Below, in pieces: positions 19,804 through 29,399 of a stretch of DNA of 64,000 bases (the first letter of the stretch is position 1; every line of letters begins with the position of its first letter). The DNA is from a virus (Duplodnaviria > Heunggongvirae > Uroviricota > Caudoviricetes): positions 30,666 through 94,665 of IMG/VR virus record IMGVR_UViG_3300031712_000052. The stretch is one strand, 5' to 3'. A program made the position numbers and the translations under genes. The notes beneath the pieces are model-generated. The model saw nothing but the letters and a program-made list of their open reading frames with translations. It was not told the DNA's origin and searched no databases.

Positions 19804-21207
19804 TCATCCTCGTATTGGTGGTAATGTTAGCAGAGATGTGGCCACCTTGTCATATGCTGCTGGACCGAAAGATTTGATCCAAACTTTCTGGCCGTCAGAG
19901 AAGCGCTCGATAGTCTGCGCCACATTCTCTGGCGTGGCATGGCCTAGGTCTGTATAGTGTGGACTGTAGCCGTTGAGTACTCTTGTTCTGCTGTACATAT
20001 CTTCGTTCATGAGTGTACGTGCTACCACATCTGCATGCTTGGAATAGCCAGCATCCAAGTACTCGTCTGAGTAGGTCCACACACTCCCCCTATCTACTTG
20101 ATCTAAGTGCGTGATGGCCAGGCCATCTATGGGTAGGTCTTCGTAGCACCTATCTAGTGCATACTTGTGTAGGCTCATGTCAAAGAATCCAGTACGTAGA
20201 GCACCCTGCCATCTATTTTCCGGGTTATGCTTATCTGCAAATCTGTTTGTCTGGACACTGCTGAATGTGGGAAAGGGGCCAGGTCCGTGTCTTGTGGGGT
20301 AGGCTCGTACTACCCCTATCATGTGTAGCTTGAGCTTCATGAACGGGGCTACATTCATGATGTTCGTACCGGTGGTCTTGCTCCACGTGTTGTACGGAGC
20401 AAAGCCCCAGTCCTCATCTATCAGCACACCTTGAGCTCCTTCAAAGATGACAGCATCTGTTTCGTTGATCAATGGATCAATCATGCTCGTAGACCAGATG
20501 TTGTTGGGATTGATGGCGGAGCTCATCAGGTCAGCTATCACATCTACATTCTTGTCCATGGCCAGTACTGTGAGCCACTTGTTGTGGGTTATACGATCTT
20601 CAAAAGGCATGGGCTCAAGGATAGGTATTCTAGAGACCTCGATTCTTATCACATCCCGCAGAATTTGTAGCTTCATCCTCAGAAGGGGCGAAGATCCCAT
20701 GTGCCCCAGCAGATCTTTGGCCCGTATAGTCGTCATCTCAGAAACAACATCTCCACCCCATTCAGCCTGGGAAAGTCGTATGGTCTCTCCAAAACCTACT
20801 CCGCAGCTTCCATTTCTACTACTTCCCCTAGATAGCTCACGGATGCAATTCAAAGCTTGGTGATATGGAGTAGTGACCAAGCAGTTCTCATGTATGATCA
20901 GATTCTCCATTGGGTTTTCTACACCCAAGCTTTCCAGGTGCTTTGCTTCCGCCTGAAGGGCTATTGGGTGTATGGCTACATCCTGAGACAGGACTGTTTT
21001 AACTCCCGGCACAAGAGAGCCGCTACCGAACTGAGAGAATGTGTGGTGTCTACCATCAGGGGTCACCACATTGTGACCAGCTTGAGCTCCGCCATTGAAG
21101 CGGACCACAAGTTTGGCACCAGTATGTCGGGTAAGGAAATCAACGATGGTACCCTTACCAGAGTCGCCGAATCCTAGATCTACTACGCCGTATGCAATAC
21201 GACTCAT
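19804..21207 (-). CDS. purA-like: Adenylosuccinate synthetase family protein. This is a PurA homologue and a candidate PurZ-type enzyme.
   Basis: GFGDSGKGTIVD matches the PurA P-loop GDEGKGK, and FNGGAQAGHNVV matches GGxNAGHT. ATG 21207 overlaps the upstream stop as ATGA. Confidence 0.75.
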   Translation of the reverse strand: MSRIAYGVVDLGFGDSGKGTIVDFLTRHTGAKLVVRFNGGAQAGHNVVTPDGRHHTFSQFGSGSLVPGVKTVLSQDVAIHPIALQAEAKHLESLGVENPMENLIIHENCLVTTPYHQALNCIRELSRGSSRNGSCGVGFGETIRLSQAEWGGDVVSEMTTIRAKDLLGHMGSSPLLRMKLQILRDVIRIEVSRIPILEPMPFEDRITHNKWLTVLAMDKNVDVIADLMSSAINPNNIWSTSMIDPLINETDAVIFEGAQGVLIDEDWGFAPYNTWSKTTGTNIMNVAPFMKLKLHMIGVVRAYPTRHGPGPFPTFSSVQTNRFADKHNPENRWQGALRTGFFDMSLHKYALDRCYEDLPIDGLAITHLDQVDRGSVWTYSDEYLDAGYSKHADVVARTLMNEDMYSRTRVLNGYSPHYTDLGHATPENVAQTIERFSDGQKVWIKSFGPAAYDKVATSLLTLPPIRG

Positions 21208-21731
21208 TGATCTTTCCTTCCTGTCATAGCAAATCCCCATTTCTTCCGTTCTGCTTGTGTTTGTTGCGGGTAGAAGGAGAAGCAGTCTCTGAATGCTTCC
21301 TTCATTGCTTTCGCAGCTCTGTTATCTGGGCAATACGAGCAGATTGCAAATAGTGGTTCAGTGCAGTTGACTCCGTAGTTCAAACCCATCAGATACGCAG
21401 ATGATTTTATCAATAACTCATGGTGAATAGAGTTGGGGGTTTGGAATCGATCTTCCTTTGGTGTTGGGTCAATACCTACATAGAACCTGTGGTTTCGGAA
21501 GTAGTAGGCTTGAAACGCATAAGCGCACCCAATGTCTACTATGACCCTGTTGCGCGGAATGATGTTGGATAGGTGTCTGTAGATATCTATGAAACCTACA
21601 AAGGTGGGGTCTATGTCTCCATGATCTTCGATTTGGGCCCACACCCTTTTGAACTCCTTCGGGTATGCTTTGCATATCTTCTTCAGAAGAGTAGCAGTCA
21701 TTACATCGTGTCTGTGTTGCTTTTTTGACAT
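21204..21731 (-). CDS. Hypothetical protein with a possible Rossmann-like VIVDIGCAYA motif.
   Basis: 175-aa ORF. The motif match is weak. Confidence 0.4.
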   Translation of the reverse strand: MSKKQHRHDVMTATLLKKICKAYPKEFKRVWAQIEDHGDIDPTFVGFIDIYRHLSNIIPRNRVIVDIGCAYAFQAYYFRNHRFYVGIDPTPKEDRFQTPNSIHHELLIKSSAYLMGLNYGVNCTEPLFAICSYCPDNRAAKAMKEAFRDCFSFYPQQTQAERKKWGFAMTGRKDQ

Positions 21732-21844
21732 AGGTATTCTTTCTGAATTGAAAATGCCGGCCTAGACAATCAGCCGGCATGGTGGGACAGGTCTTTAACC
21801 CACTTTGGAGATTTTAGTCTCCCTGTTCAGGTGTAGCCGAGTCT

Positions 21845-22825
21845 TTACAGACGCTCAGCCTTACCAGCTTTGCCGGAGACTACCGGAAGCCTACCTGTTA
21901 CAGTACCTGCCTTTGTGATTCCTGCGTTGGCGGAAGAGAGGGTCACTAGGCTCTTCTCGATTGTGTTGAAGGACCCAGGGGCCATTCCAGCTGCCTTGAG
22001 GCCAGCCCGGATGCCTGCGCTGTCTACACCTTCCATGGCTGCAATTTGAGAAGCCATGAGCTCACACACCAGTTCTGGATCTGGCAACCAAAGTGCGTTC
22101 TGACCCATCAGTGCCTTCCATCGGTCATGGTTGCCGTCGGGGTATGAGCCGCTGCGAACGCAGATACGGAATACCTCGAAGCTCTCCTTGGCCATTTCAA
22201 TGACCTCCTCAATAGTGAGGTCACATTGGAGCTTGTCTCCTATGATCTCCTTGACCTGGTCTGCCTCCAGTTTGGGGTAGTATGCTTCATCACCAATGCT
22301 GAAGAGGTACCCTTTCTTTCCTCGCTTGCTCAGGCAATCCAGCTTCGTGTGCCTGGCTGCCCAGTACATACCAAGTTCGTAGGATTCGTGGTTGCCACCT
22401 CCACCACCACCCTCCAGGTACATCTTTGTCAGCCAGTCATCCATCTCCAGCCCTGACTCGAACTGCCCGACTTGAAGAGGTGTACTGTCAGAGTAGGCAT
22501 CCCCGATAGCACTGAACAATACCTGCGGATGGGGGATGGTGTTCTGAGAGAGCAGCATCTTCATGAAGCTTGGGAACTTCTTCTGTGCAAACAACACGGG
22601 AATGCTCCCCATGCTGCCGGTGACATCGAACTGCACCACGATTGCATTGCTCTCGGGGTGTGCATCACTGTCGCATGACTCACGGAATTTCACTCCTTTT
22701 GGATCAAGGAGCGGGTCCAATCCATGTGATGTGAAGACCTTTGCATGAACCTCATTCGAAGGCATTGCAGACCTGGTGGCTGCAATCCTATCTGCTGTGT
22801 CATGGCTCCAACTTGAACCACCCAT
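21845..22825 (-). CDS. vWA-like domain protein with a MIDAS-like FDVTGSMGS motif.
   Basis: 326 aa. Has the DxTGS motif, a GGGGGG loop and an AGIRAGLKAAG segment. Confidence 0.45.
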   Translation of the reverse strand: MGGSSWSHDTADRIAATRSAMPSNEVHAKVFTSHGLDPLLDPKGVKFRESCDSDAHPESNAIVVQFDVTGSMGSIPVLFAQKKFPSFMKMLLSQNTIPHPQVLFSAIGDAYSDSTPLQVGQFESGLEMDDWLTKMYLEGGGGGGNHESYELGMYWAARHTKLDCLSKRGKKGYLFSIGDEAYYPKLEADQVKEIIGDKLQCDLTIEEVIEMAKESFEVFRICVRSGSYPDGNHDRWKALMGQNALWLPDPELVCELMASQIAAMEGVDSAGIRAGLKAAGMAPGSFNTIEKSLVTLSSANAGITKAGTVTGRLPVVSGKAGKAERL

Positions 22826-22836
22826 CGTTAGCCTTC

Positions 22837-23010
22837 TTTCTTTTCCGTGTTGACTGGCTCTGCTGGTGTGTCTGCCACCAGTACTACGTCGGTATGCGGG
22901 TCGATCTTTGGTGCTGCTGCTGCAACCTTGACAGGGTTGGCTGCATCGATTGCTGCGTTGGCCTTTTCAATTGCCTCGAGTGTAACTACGTCTGCTGGTT
23001 GTCCCATGAT
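22837..23010 (-). CDS. Small Ala/Pro-rich protein.
   Basis: A GGAGAAAAAATC sequence sits upstream of the ATG. It is 57 aa and not in the ORF track. Confidence 0.3.
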
Positions 23011-23019
23011 TTTTTCTCC

Positions 23020-24105
23020 TTACGCTGGTAGTTCGAATGGAATGAATTTCGGTGGACCGTACATCTTCTCTACGTTCTTTCTCAGTTGATCATACACCTC
23101 CTGCGCCAAGTGATAGCGCATGTTTGGATTTGGGATTAGGCATGCTGCTACCATGCCTGTGAAGTAGCTTGGAGCTTTGGGGGTCCACCCTACTTTCTTG
23201 GCCCCTTCTACACCTTCGATCATGTTTCTCACACACTTTGCAATCATGAAGAGATCGAATCCCCCACGTGCAATTTTCTTTAGTCTGGCTTCTGGAGGAA
23301 AGAACTCCTCGTACTCTGGCACTATTGCTTTTGCATTGCTTGCCAAGGGAACCGAATAGCACCAATCGAGCAGCTTGATGCCATGGTTGGCAGGCAAGAT
23401 CAATATGTTGCTGGGGATGATGGCTGCGTGAATGTGTCCGTTTAGATGTGCCCAGATGGAGACCTCAAGTAGTCGTCTCCATATCCAAGCTATGTGCTTC
23501 CCCTCCATCCCATCTGGGAATAGGGACAACACCTTTGACAATGTGTGTGAGCCTTCCACGAATTCAAAGATGTTGGCTTGCTTGCCGTCAAGCTTGATCG
23601 AATCAATGAGTTTGGGAAGGTATTTCATGAAGTGGTCTGCATCAGGTGCTTCAGCTAGCTTCCCGAGCACAGTGGCCTCGTTCTTGATGAGGTCGGAGTC
23701 TCTTGCATCGCTCGCTATCTTGAGCACCACCTTCTTGCCGTCAAGTCGGCCGGTGTACAAGTCGGCAATGTCACCCTTTGCCAGAGGCTCAAGTTCTTCA
23801 ATGGTCTTACTTGTCTTGCGGTCCTTGAATGTGATGGTTGCCAAGTTCTTGCCGAATGTACCATCAGCTATTTTTCTTACCGCTTCTTCATGAAGTATGT
23901 TGAGGGCGGCCAATACAAGATTGGCTTCTTCTACTCCTGGATTAAGATCTGGGTGGACCATCTTGGCCATACCCTGGTACCTCTTCTTCAGCATCCTCTC
24001 TTGCGTGGCTCGAGTTGTGCCTATGCTGATGAAGAAGTCTTCGGCTCTCTTGGCTTCTTTGATCTTGTCAACGAACGGTTGTTTTGCTTTGGTCCATTTT
24101 GTCAT
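23020..24105 (-). CDS. J-domain (HPD) fused to a protein-kinase-like domain. The kinase catalytic loop is atypical.
   Basis: KRYQGMAKMVHPDLNPG is a J-domain HPD motif. VVLKI, the glutamate in IKNEATVL and the DFG-like LLDWC are present. The catalytic loop reads HAAIIPSNIL instead of HRDLKPxN. The start is uncertain at 24183, 24105 or 23997. Confidence 0.55.
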   Translation of the reverse strand: MTKWTKAKQPFVDKIKEAKRAEDFFISIGTTRATQERMLKKRYQGMAKMVHPDLNPGVEEANLVLAALNILHEEAVRKIADGTFGKNLATITFKDRKTSKTIEELEPLAKGDIADLYTGRLDGKKVVLKIASDARDSDLIKNEATVLGKLAEAPDADHFMKYLPKLIDSIKLDGKQANIFEFVEGSHTLSKVLSLFPDGMEGKHIAWIWRRLLEVSIWAHLNGHIHAAIIPSNILILPANHGIKLLDWCYSVPLASNAKAIVPEYEEFFPPEARLKKIARGGFDLFMIAKCVRNMIEGVEGAKKVGWTPKAPSYFTGMVAACLIPNPNMRYHLAQEVYDQLRKNVEKMYGPPKFIPFELPA

Positions 24106-24439
24106 GTTTACCTTGTTTCTTGGTTTCTTTCCATACTCGAGGGAAGGCAAACCATTTGTGGAACTGTCGGGCAGTGAAGTCAATCCTCCACTCTCCTGCA
24201 GCTACTGCCCAATGACCTGTCTTATCGCAGCAGTACCTCTTGTAGCACTGTGTATCTCCTACACCAACTACCTTCAGTTCCGCTTGGCCTTGGCCTTGGG
24301 CGTACAATACGAACTTGGTGGAAGCATCCCAACATTCATCTTTGGCGTAGTATGGTTCTTCGAACCTGCTATGCATTTTGGCGAATTGTTGGATGCATTG
24401 AAGAAGCTCAGGAGGAGGAAGCTCTGGGCATATCCTCAT
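24068..24439 (-). CDS. Hypothetical protein.
   Basis: 123-aa ORF. Confidence 0.4.
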   Translation of the reverse strand: MRICPELPPPELLQCIQQFAKMHSRFEEPYYAKDECWDASTKFVLYAQGQGQAELKVVGVGDTQCYKRYCCDKTGHWAVAAGEWRIDFTARQFHKWFAFPRVWKETKKQGKHDKMDQSKTTVR

Positions 24440-24441
24440 GA

Positions 24442-24690
24442 TTAGTCCTCCTCCACCTCACGTTCTTTCTGTTTGGCAATCCACTTGGTCACTATCATGG
24501 TGCCCTGATCTCCTATAGGACTCTCATCCCAAATTTCACTATCTTCATGAATTTGACTGTGTGGCCACCATTCCTCCGTACCATCCTCTTCCCTCACCAG
24601 AATGGCCTTACCTCCCTTTGCAATGACTTTCACAAAGCCCAGTTCGTGACCAGGCTTTTCGGGTATTGGGCTCATAAATTGTGCCTCCAC
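24442..24690 (-). CDS. Hypothetical small acidic protein.
   Basis: 82 aa. Confidence 0.4.
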   Translation of the reverse strand: MEAQFMSPIPEKPGHELGFVKVIAKGGKAILVREEDGTEEWWPHSQIHEDSEIWDESPIGDQGTMIVTKWIAKQKEREVEED

Positions 24691-25321
24691 ACTGATGTAC
24701 GGTCAGTAAAATCAGCAGCCTTCTTGCCGGAGAAATACCTGGACTCAACAAATTCGCCACAATCCAGGCAGTACATCTTCTCTGTAGTACCTGATGCATC
24801 ATCTACGTACGTTCTGTTCACTCTTCTGTGTTGACAGGACTTGTTGAGGTTATGATCTAATGATGGTACATGCTGATGGGTGAGACTCATCGCCAAGTAC
24901 CAGTCTTCTTCAGTTTTGCATTCAAGGATTTGATCATTGCAGGTATTAGTATGCCCATATCGGTGTTGTCCAATGTTGAGTGTATTTGAAGATAGCTACG
25001 CATAGCCGTCTTCAACTGCATGGTGTAGAATTTCTTCAAAACTGCTTTCAACCTGGTTTCATAGGACTTCTTAGTTTTCATTGTGGTTGTCTTTGTTTGG
25101 TTCTGAGGGTGGAATTAGCAGCTCGTACGGGCTACCATCAAACATCATTGCTAGTGGCACAACCTCCATTTTGTCATCCGGTCCTACGCCACTGATTGCC
25201 GCTAGTACGTATGCAGGTTTGCCTGTATCCTTATTCGTGCATTCGACCAAGGCTAGGTCTTCGTTTCTAGCTGCTCTAAGTATGGTTTCGAAGTTAGCTT
25301 TATAACCTTCTGGGATAGCCA

Positions 25322-25933
25322 TTAAGGCACTATCAGTGAATTGCCGACTGTGTTCATACGCATGAACATTTGTCCTTGAGCAACGGCATCATCGACTGCT
25401 CTGTGTTTGTGTTTGTTGGTTACCAACCACTCTTTGGGGTATGCACTTTGCCGGCTGTTCTTCACAAACGGGCTACCCAACATGGACCAAGCTAATGTTT
25501 GTAGGTCAATAGCCCGGTGAGTGAGGAACACTTTACCCAAGAATCGTTGAGAGTAGTAGCTGATGAATGGAAGGTCATAGCCGGAAGGGTAGTACACAGG
25601 TACCACATTAGGTCCCAGAGATTCGATCCAGAGCCTGAAGCTGTTCATGACTGCTTCAATCTCTTCCGGGTCTTTCCTTGCCTCGCCCCACGCTTCCATG
25701 TGATTGGCCCACCAATCCATGGTTTCATCATCTCTATGGCTGCCATCATCTGCTTCCGGCAATTCCATTAGATTCGCACTGAAGGTAGATAATGGGTATT
25801 GACCACTCTCTTTAGTGAAGTGGGCTGCACCAAGGGAGATCATAGAGTAGAGCCCAGGCACAGGTCCTGTAGTCTCAATGTCTATGCTCACAAAGATCTC
25901 AGGGTAGATAGATACATCTTCTGGTTTTGGCAT
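25322..25933 (-). CDS. DEDDh-type 3'-5' exonuclease, DnaQ or RNase T-like.
   Basis: Exo I motif VSIDIETTG and Exo III motif HKHRAVDDAVA. Confidence 0.7.
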   Translation of the reverse strand: MPKPEDVSIYPEIFVSIDIETTGPVPGLYSMISLGAAHFTKESGQYPLSTFSANLMELPEADDGSHRDDETMDWWANHMEAWGEARKDPEEIEAVMNSFRLWIESLGPNVVPVYYPSGYDLPFISYYSQRFLGKVFLTHRAIDLQTLAWSMLGSPFVKNSRQSAYPKEWLVTNKHKHRAVDDAVAQGQMFMRMNTVGNSLIVP

Positions 25934-26456
25934 TGATCAGCAATCTTTCTCTTTTGGAAAATCTAGAAGCACTTGTAGCACCACGTCTTTTGCTTCATCA
26001 GTCAACTTCTCGTGGTTGGCCCTACGTACTAGTGTCACTGCGGCGGCAGAACTGTTGATACAGTCTTCCACTGTGCAGCTCCTACTGTTCTTCAACATGT
26101 GGGCTAGGTGTGCTGCAAAGATCATCTTTTCCCCGTCACTCATCTTCATTGGTTGGACTCCTTCCGGTCCCTGAGAACTTCTCGAGTTGGTACATGAACC
26201 CGCGTAGTAGGGTCCTAGCTGGAAACTCCAGCTTCATTAAGGGCATGAGTGTCTTGATCCCACCGAGCGCCCATGCAAAGACTTGCTTCCTACCATCTAC
26301 GATGCCCTCCGCTACTCCCCGCTGGTACGCCTGGTGAACTTGGAGGGAACCTATATTACCATTTGCGTTAGTACAGATTTCACACAAAGCTATCCCCTTT
26401 CTCTTGGTACCCGCAATTCGTTCGCTAAGGCCCCTAGGAGCCCCTGAGCAGTGCGT

Positions 26457-27302
26457 TTAGGTATCTGCCGTCCCGCCGGCCCATTGTGGTAGCTCTTTCT
26501 CGTTGAGGCGAGTCTCTACGCCTCTGATGTACCCAGCCATGTAGGTCTTGGCCAACGCTTTGCGTGGTCCGTCTGGATATCTTCCTGCCAGACCCCTCAT
26601 GAAGCCCGTGGCATATGGAAGCACATCTCCGGGTACATCTTTATACACAAGGTGTCCATCCTCTAGCACAGTGCCTGAGAATCCTCCACAGAGTGCTACC
26701 AACTCTTTGTTGCCCAGTTTCATCTGAAGCTGTACTGAGTGGCCGCCAGGTTGGCCCTTAGCTCGATCTATTTCTTCCTGTTTGACCCCATACATCTTTG
26801 CGAAGATACCTGCTACCATCTCACCCTTACTCAAGCCTCTTGCTACTGCGGTAAAGGTATCGCCCTGCATGTACTCAAGTCTTGTATTGCCCAAGCCATT
26901 GCACGTACCCATCATGAGCTCCTGATGCTCGATGGGATCATCTAGCCTTATGCTTTCCTTGGCACACAGCCTGTAGGCGTCTCTTTTCACGTTGGTGGAA
27001 ACGGAGAAGAGAGGAGCTTTGATTCCATATTGCTGGCACACATCAGCCAAATCCTCGGAGCGGGTCTGCACATCCTGAGGCCAATCACATGACTTCAAGG
27101 CTTCTTTTTTTCGCTTCTCTGTGATGAGGTCCAGGTCTACCTCACCCAGTTCACCCACATACCTTGGGTGTCCTTCGTTGTCTTTCCCACAAGCCTTAAC
27201 CATATCTATGACCTGGATGAAGTGGAATCGATCTACACCTTTTTCTGGTTGTCTCATGTACAGCTGATCTTCGTCCTCATACAGAAGCTTGAACCTCTTC
27301 AT
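26457..27302 (-). CDS. Hypothetical protein.
   Basis: 281 aa. Confidence 0.45.
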   Translation of the reverse strand: MKRFKLLYEDEDQLYMRQPEKGVDRFHFIQVIDMVKACGKDNEGHPRYVGELGEVDLDLITEKRKKEALKSCDWPQDVQTRSEDLADVCQQYGIKAPLFSVSTNVKRDAYRLCAKESIRLDDPIEHQELMMGTCNGLGNTRLEYMQGDTFTAVARGLSKGEMVAGIFAKMYGVKQEEIDRAKGQPGGHSVQLQMKLGNKELVALCGGFSGTVLEDGHLVYKDVPGDVLPYATGFMRGLAGRYPDGPRKALAKTYMAGYIRGVETRLNEKELPQWAGGTADT

Positions 27303-27318
27303 CTTGTTGTCCTTTGAT

Positions 27319-27774
27319 CTATTTGAAGTTGTTCTTCAGCTTGTCCAATTCCTCTTTCCATTTCCTGGTCTTCTCATCATCACACAACGGGCAACCATCA
27401 CTAGTTGCTCCATCGCAAGCGCAACACCCACAATGGCCAAAACTTGTCAACAGAAGATGGTACTCTTCTTGGGTCATCAATACTTGGTGGTAGACAACGC
27501 TGTGTTTTCCGTTGTCGGTGATGATCAAGGACCTTACCTTCCAATCAAAATGATCCATGTGCCCAGGAATACGAAGTAGGTCACTGAGGTCACGGTATCT
27601 ATGTGGGATATTATGCTCATGCTTTTTTGGTACGCATAAGAAAACTCCTGGACTTAGGTGCTCGCCTAGGCGGAATAGACTACTTAGTACGTTGTGATCA
27701 TCTATCTCTGTTTCTAGCTTGCCATCTGCTGTGATTTCTATAGTTACCTTAGCCATTCGAGTTACTCCGTACAT
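27319..27774 (-). CDS. Hypothetical Cys-rich protein with a CGCCACDG...CPLCDD motif.
   Basis: 151 aa. Confidence 0.4.
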   Translation of the reverse strand: MYGVTRMAKVTIEITADGKLETEIDDHNVLSSLFRLGEHLSPGVFLCVPKKHEHNIPHRYRDLSDLLRIPGHMDHFDWKVRSLIITDNGKHSVVYHQVLMTQEEYHLLLTSFGHCGCCACDGATSDGCPLCDDEKTRKWKEELDKLKNNFK

Positions 27775-28327
27775 GCACAGTACCTTCAGCCGTTGTTACT
27801 CTCACTAGATCTCCTGCAATGAGTACCTGTGTCTTACCGGCTAAGATACTCACCACACATCCTTTCTCAGGATTCAGCTTGTACTCTTTCTCTGCTGTGT
27901 GGAGAAGTACGGGCTCCATCCAATCGATGGTTGGATAGACCACCTTAGATCTAACGCCATCAAACACGTACCTCCATAAGCACATGTCCTCACCCTCAAA
28001 CTCCAAGTAGCTTCCAGCATCTACATATGGTGCTAGAGCTATGAGTGTGTTCTCGAGAGCATCTGACATATGCTCACCATTGTATTGCATGCCCACAATG
28101 TCCCCAGCACCACGAGTCTTCTTGTACTTGCCCTTCTTGCACTTCTTCTGCAGTATCACGTCTGGTGACCAACCTAGCTCCTCCAGTGCATCCACAAGTG
28201 TTGTAGTTTCTTTAGCCACTGAAATATATGATGGCGATTTGGAATGCTTCAAAGCATGTAATGCATCTGACTTTCTGTTTGCCGGGATTCGAAATTGCTG
28301 TGCCTTGGAATAGATGTTGTAGCTCAT
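27749..28327 (-). CDS. Hypothetical protein.
   Basis: 192 aa. Confidence 0.45.
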   Translation of the reverse strand: MSYNIYSKAQQFRIPANRKSDALHALKHSKSPSYISVAKETTTLVDALEELGWSPDVILQKKCKKGKYKKTRGAGDIVGMQYNGEHMSDALENTLIALAPYVDAGSYLEFEGEDMCLWRYVFDGVRSKVVYPTIDWMEPVLLHTAEKEYKLNPEKGCVVSILAGKTQVLIAGDLVRVTTAEGTVHVRSNSNG

Positions 28328-28339
28328 ATGACAGCTTTC

Positions 28340-28642
28340 CTATGCAGTTGTTCGTAATCTCTCATCCCAACAACAGGGCCCTACCCATTTGCCTTGGTGG
28401 AGATGCGCATCATTGGTGGACACTTGATTGTGGCAGAACACGCAGGTAACTCGTGCCAGCTTTCCAGACTGATATTGTTGTGCGTGATTTAAGATCTGAA
28501 GAAGTGCAGCCATCCTTCGGCCATGCATTTGCATGCATGGTACACATCCGTGGCTAGCACAAGGCATATCTCTCTTGCTGCCCTTCTCCCACAAGGCATC
28601 TAGCTCTTCAGCTGTTGGTTGGTACAGATTCGGATTGTCCAT
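28340..28642 (-). CDS. Hypothetical Cys/His-rich protein.
   Basis: 100 aa. Confidence 0.35.
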   Translation of the reverse strand: MDNPNLYQPTAEELDALWEKGSKRDMPCASHGCVPCMQMHGRRMAALLQILNHAQQYQSGKLARVTCVFCHNQVSTNDAHLHQGKWVGPCCWDERLRTTA

Positions 28643-29042
28643 CTTTTATCTCTCCCCGTGGCAAACCAATTTTGTCCCATGTTTCATCAACTATGAATGC
28701 AACTCTCATTCGTAACGTGGCTTCTAGTAATTGCTTGTTCTTTCCCAATACCCGTTTAACCATGTCTTCTTTAACCACACACCAACCACCAGACCGATAT
28801 GGATTCTGGTGGTCTGTGCTTTTTGAATCATCAACGGAGATAAGGATGATACCCTTTGCCATAAAGCCTTTGCACTTGTCACATGGGCGCGTATCCCATA
28901 CTGCATTTCTGGGAGCCTCCATGTCGTTCTTCATTTTGCCGGCAAGAATGATTTCGTTCTTTGGTTTCGTGCAGAAGAAGCAGAGTGGGATGACTGGATT
29001 CACTCCATGCTTCTCGGACAATACGATGCTACCACTCATCAT
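28608..29042 (-). CDS. Hypothetical protein.
   Basis: 144 aa. Confidence 0.4.
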   Translation of the reverse strand: MMSGSIVLSEKHGVNPVIPLCFFCTKPKNEIILAGKMKNDMEAPRNAVWDTRPCDKCKGFMAKGIILISVDDSKSTDHQNPYRSGGWCVVKEDMVKRVLGKNKQLLEATLRMRVAFIVDETWDKIGLPRGEIKDGQSESVPTNS

Positions 29043-29399
29043 AACTCCTTTGTGACGACTTCTACTTCTATAGGGGCAACCATGGTTGTAGTGCCTGTTA
29101 GGTCAAAGCGTACTATTGGGCAAAGGTCAGGCGACATATAGGTGCGTATGATCGTGCCCAGGTCTCCTACCTGGGCATGAACATGTCTCTTCTGTTGACA
29201 TATATCAAAATCCGCTATCTCAGTTTTGGCCTTTATACGATCTCCTACCTTCATATTTGATCCTTTGTGTTAAAGCAAGATCAGTGGTGGTATATTACTT
29301 ATCACATACATGTTCGAACTATTGCAGCCCATTATATGGCTAAAGAAAGGGGGACCATCCCCCTCCCCCGACCTTACCCGCGTTCTAAGAAGGTTCGGT

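Noticed and set aside
21469-21780. A 103-aa minus-strand ORF overlapping 21204-21731 in another frame.
   Set aside because: It is fully overlapped by a longer ORF with better start context and has Arg/Cys-rich junk-like composition.
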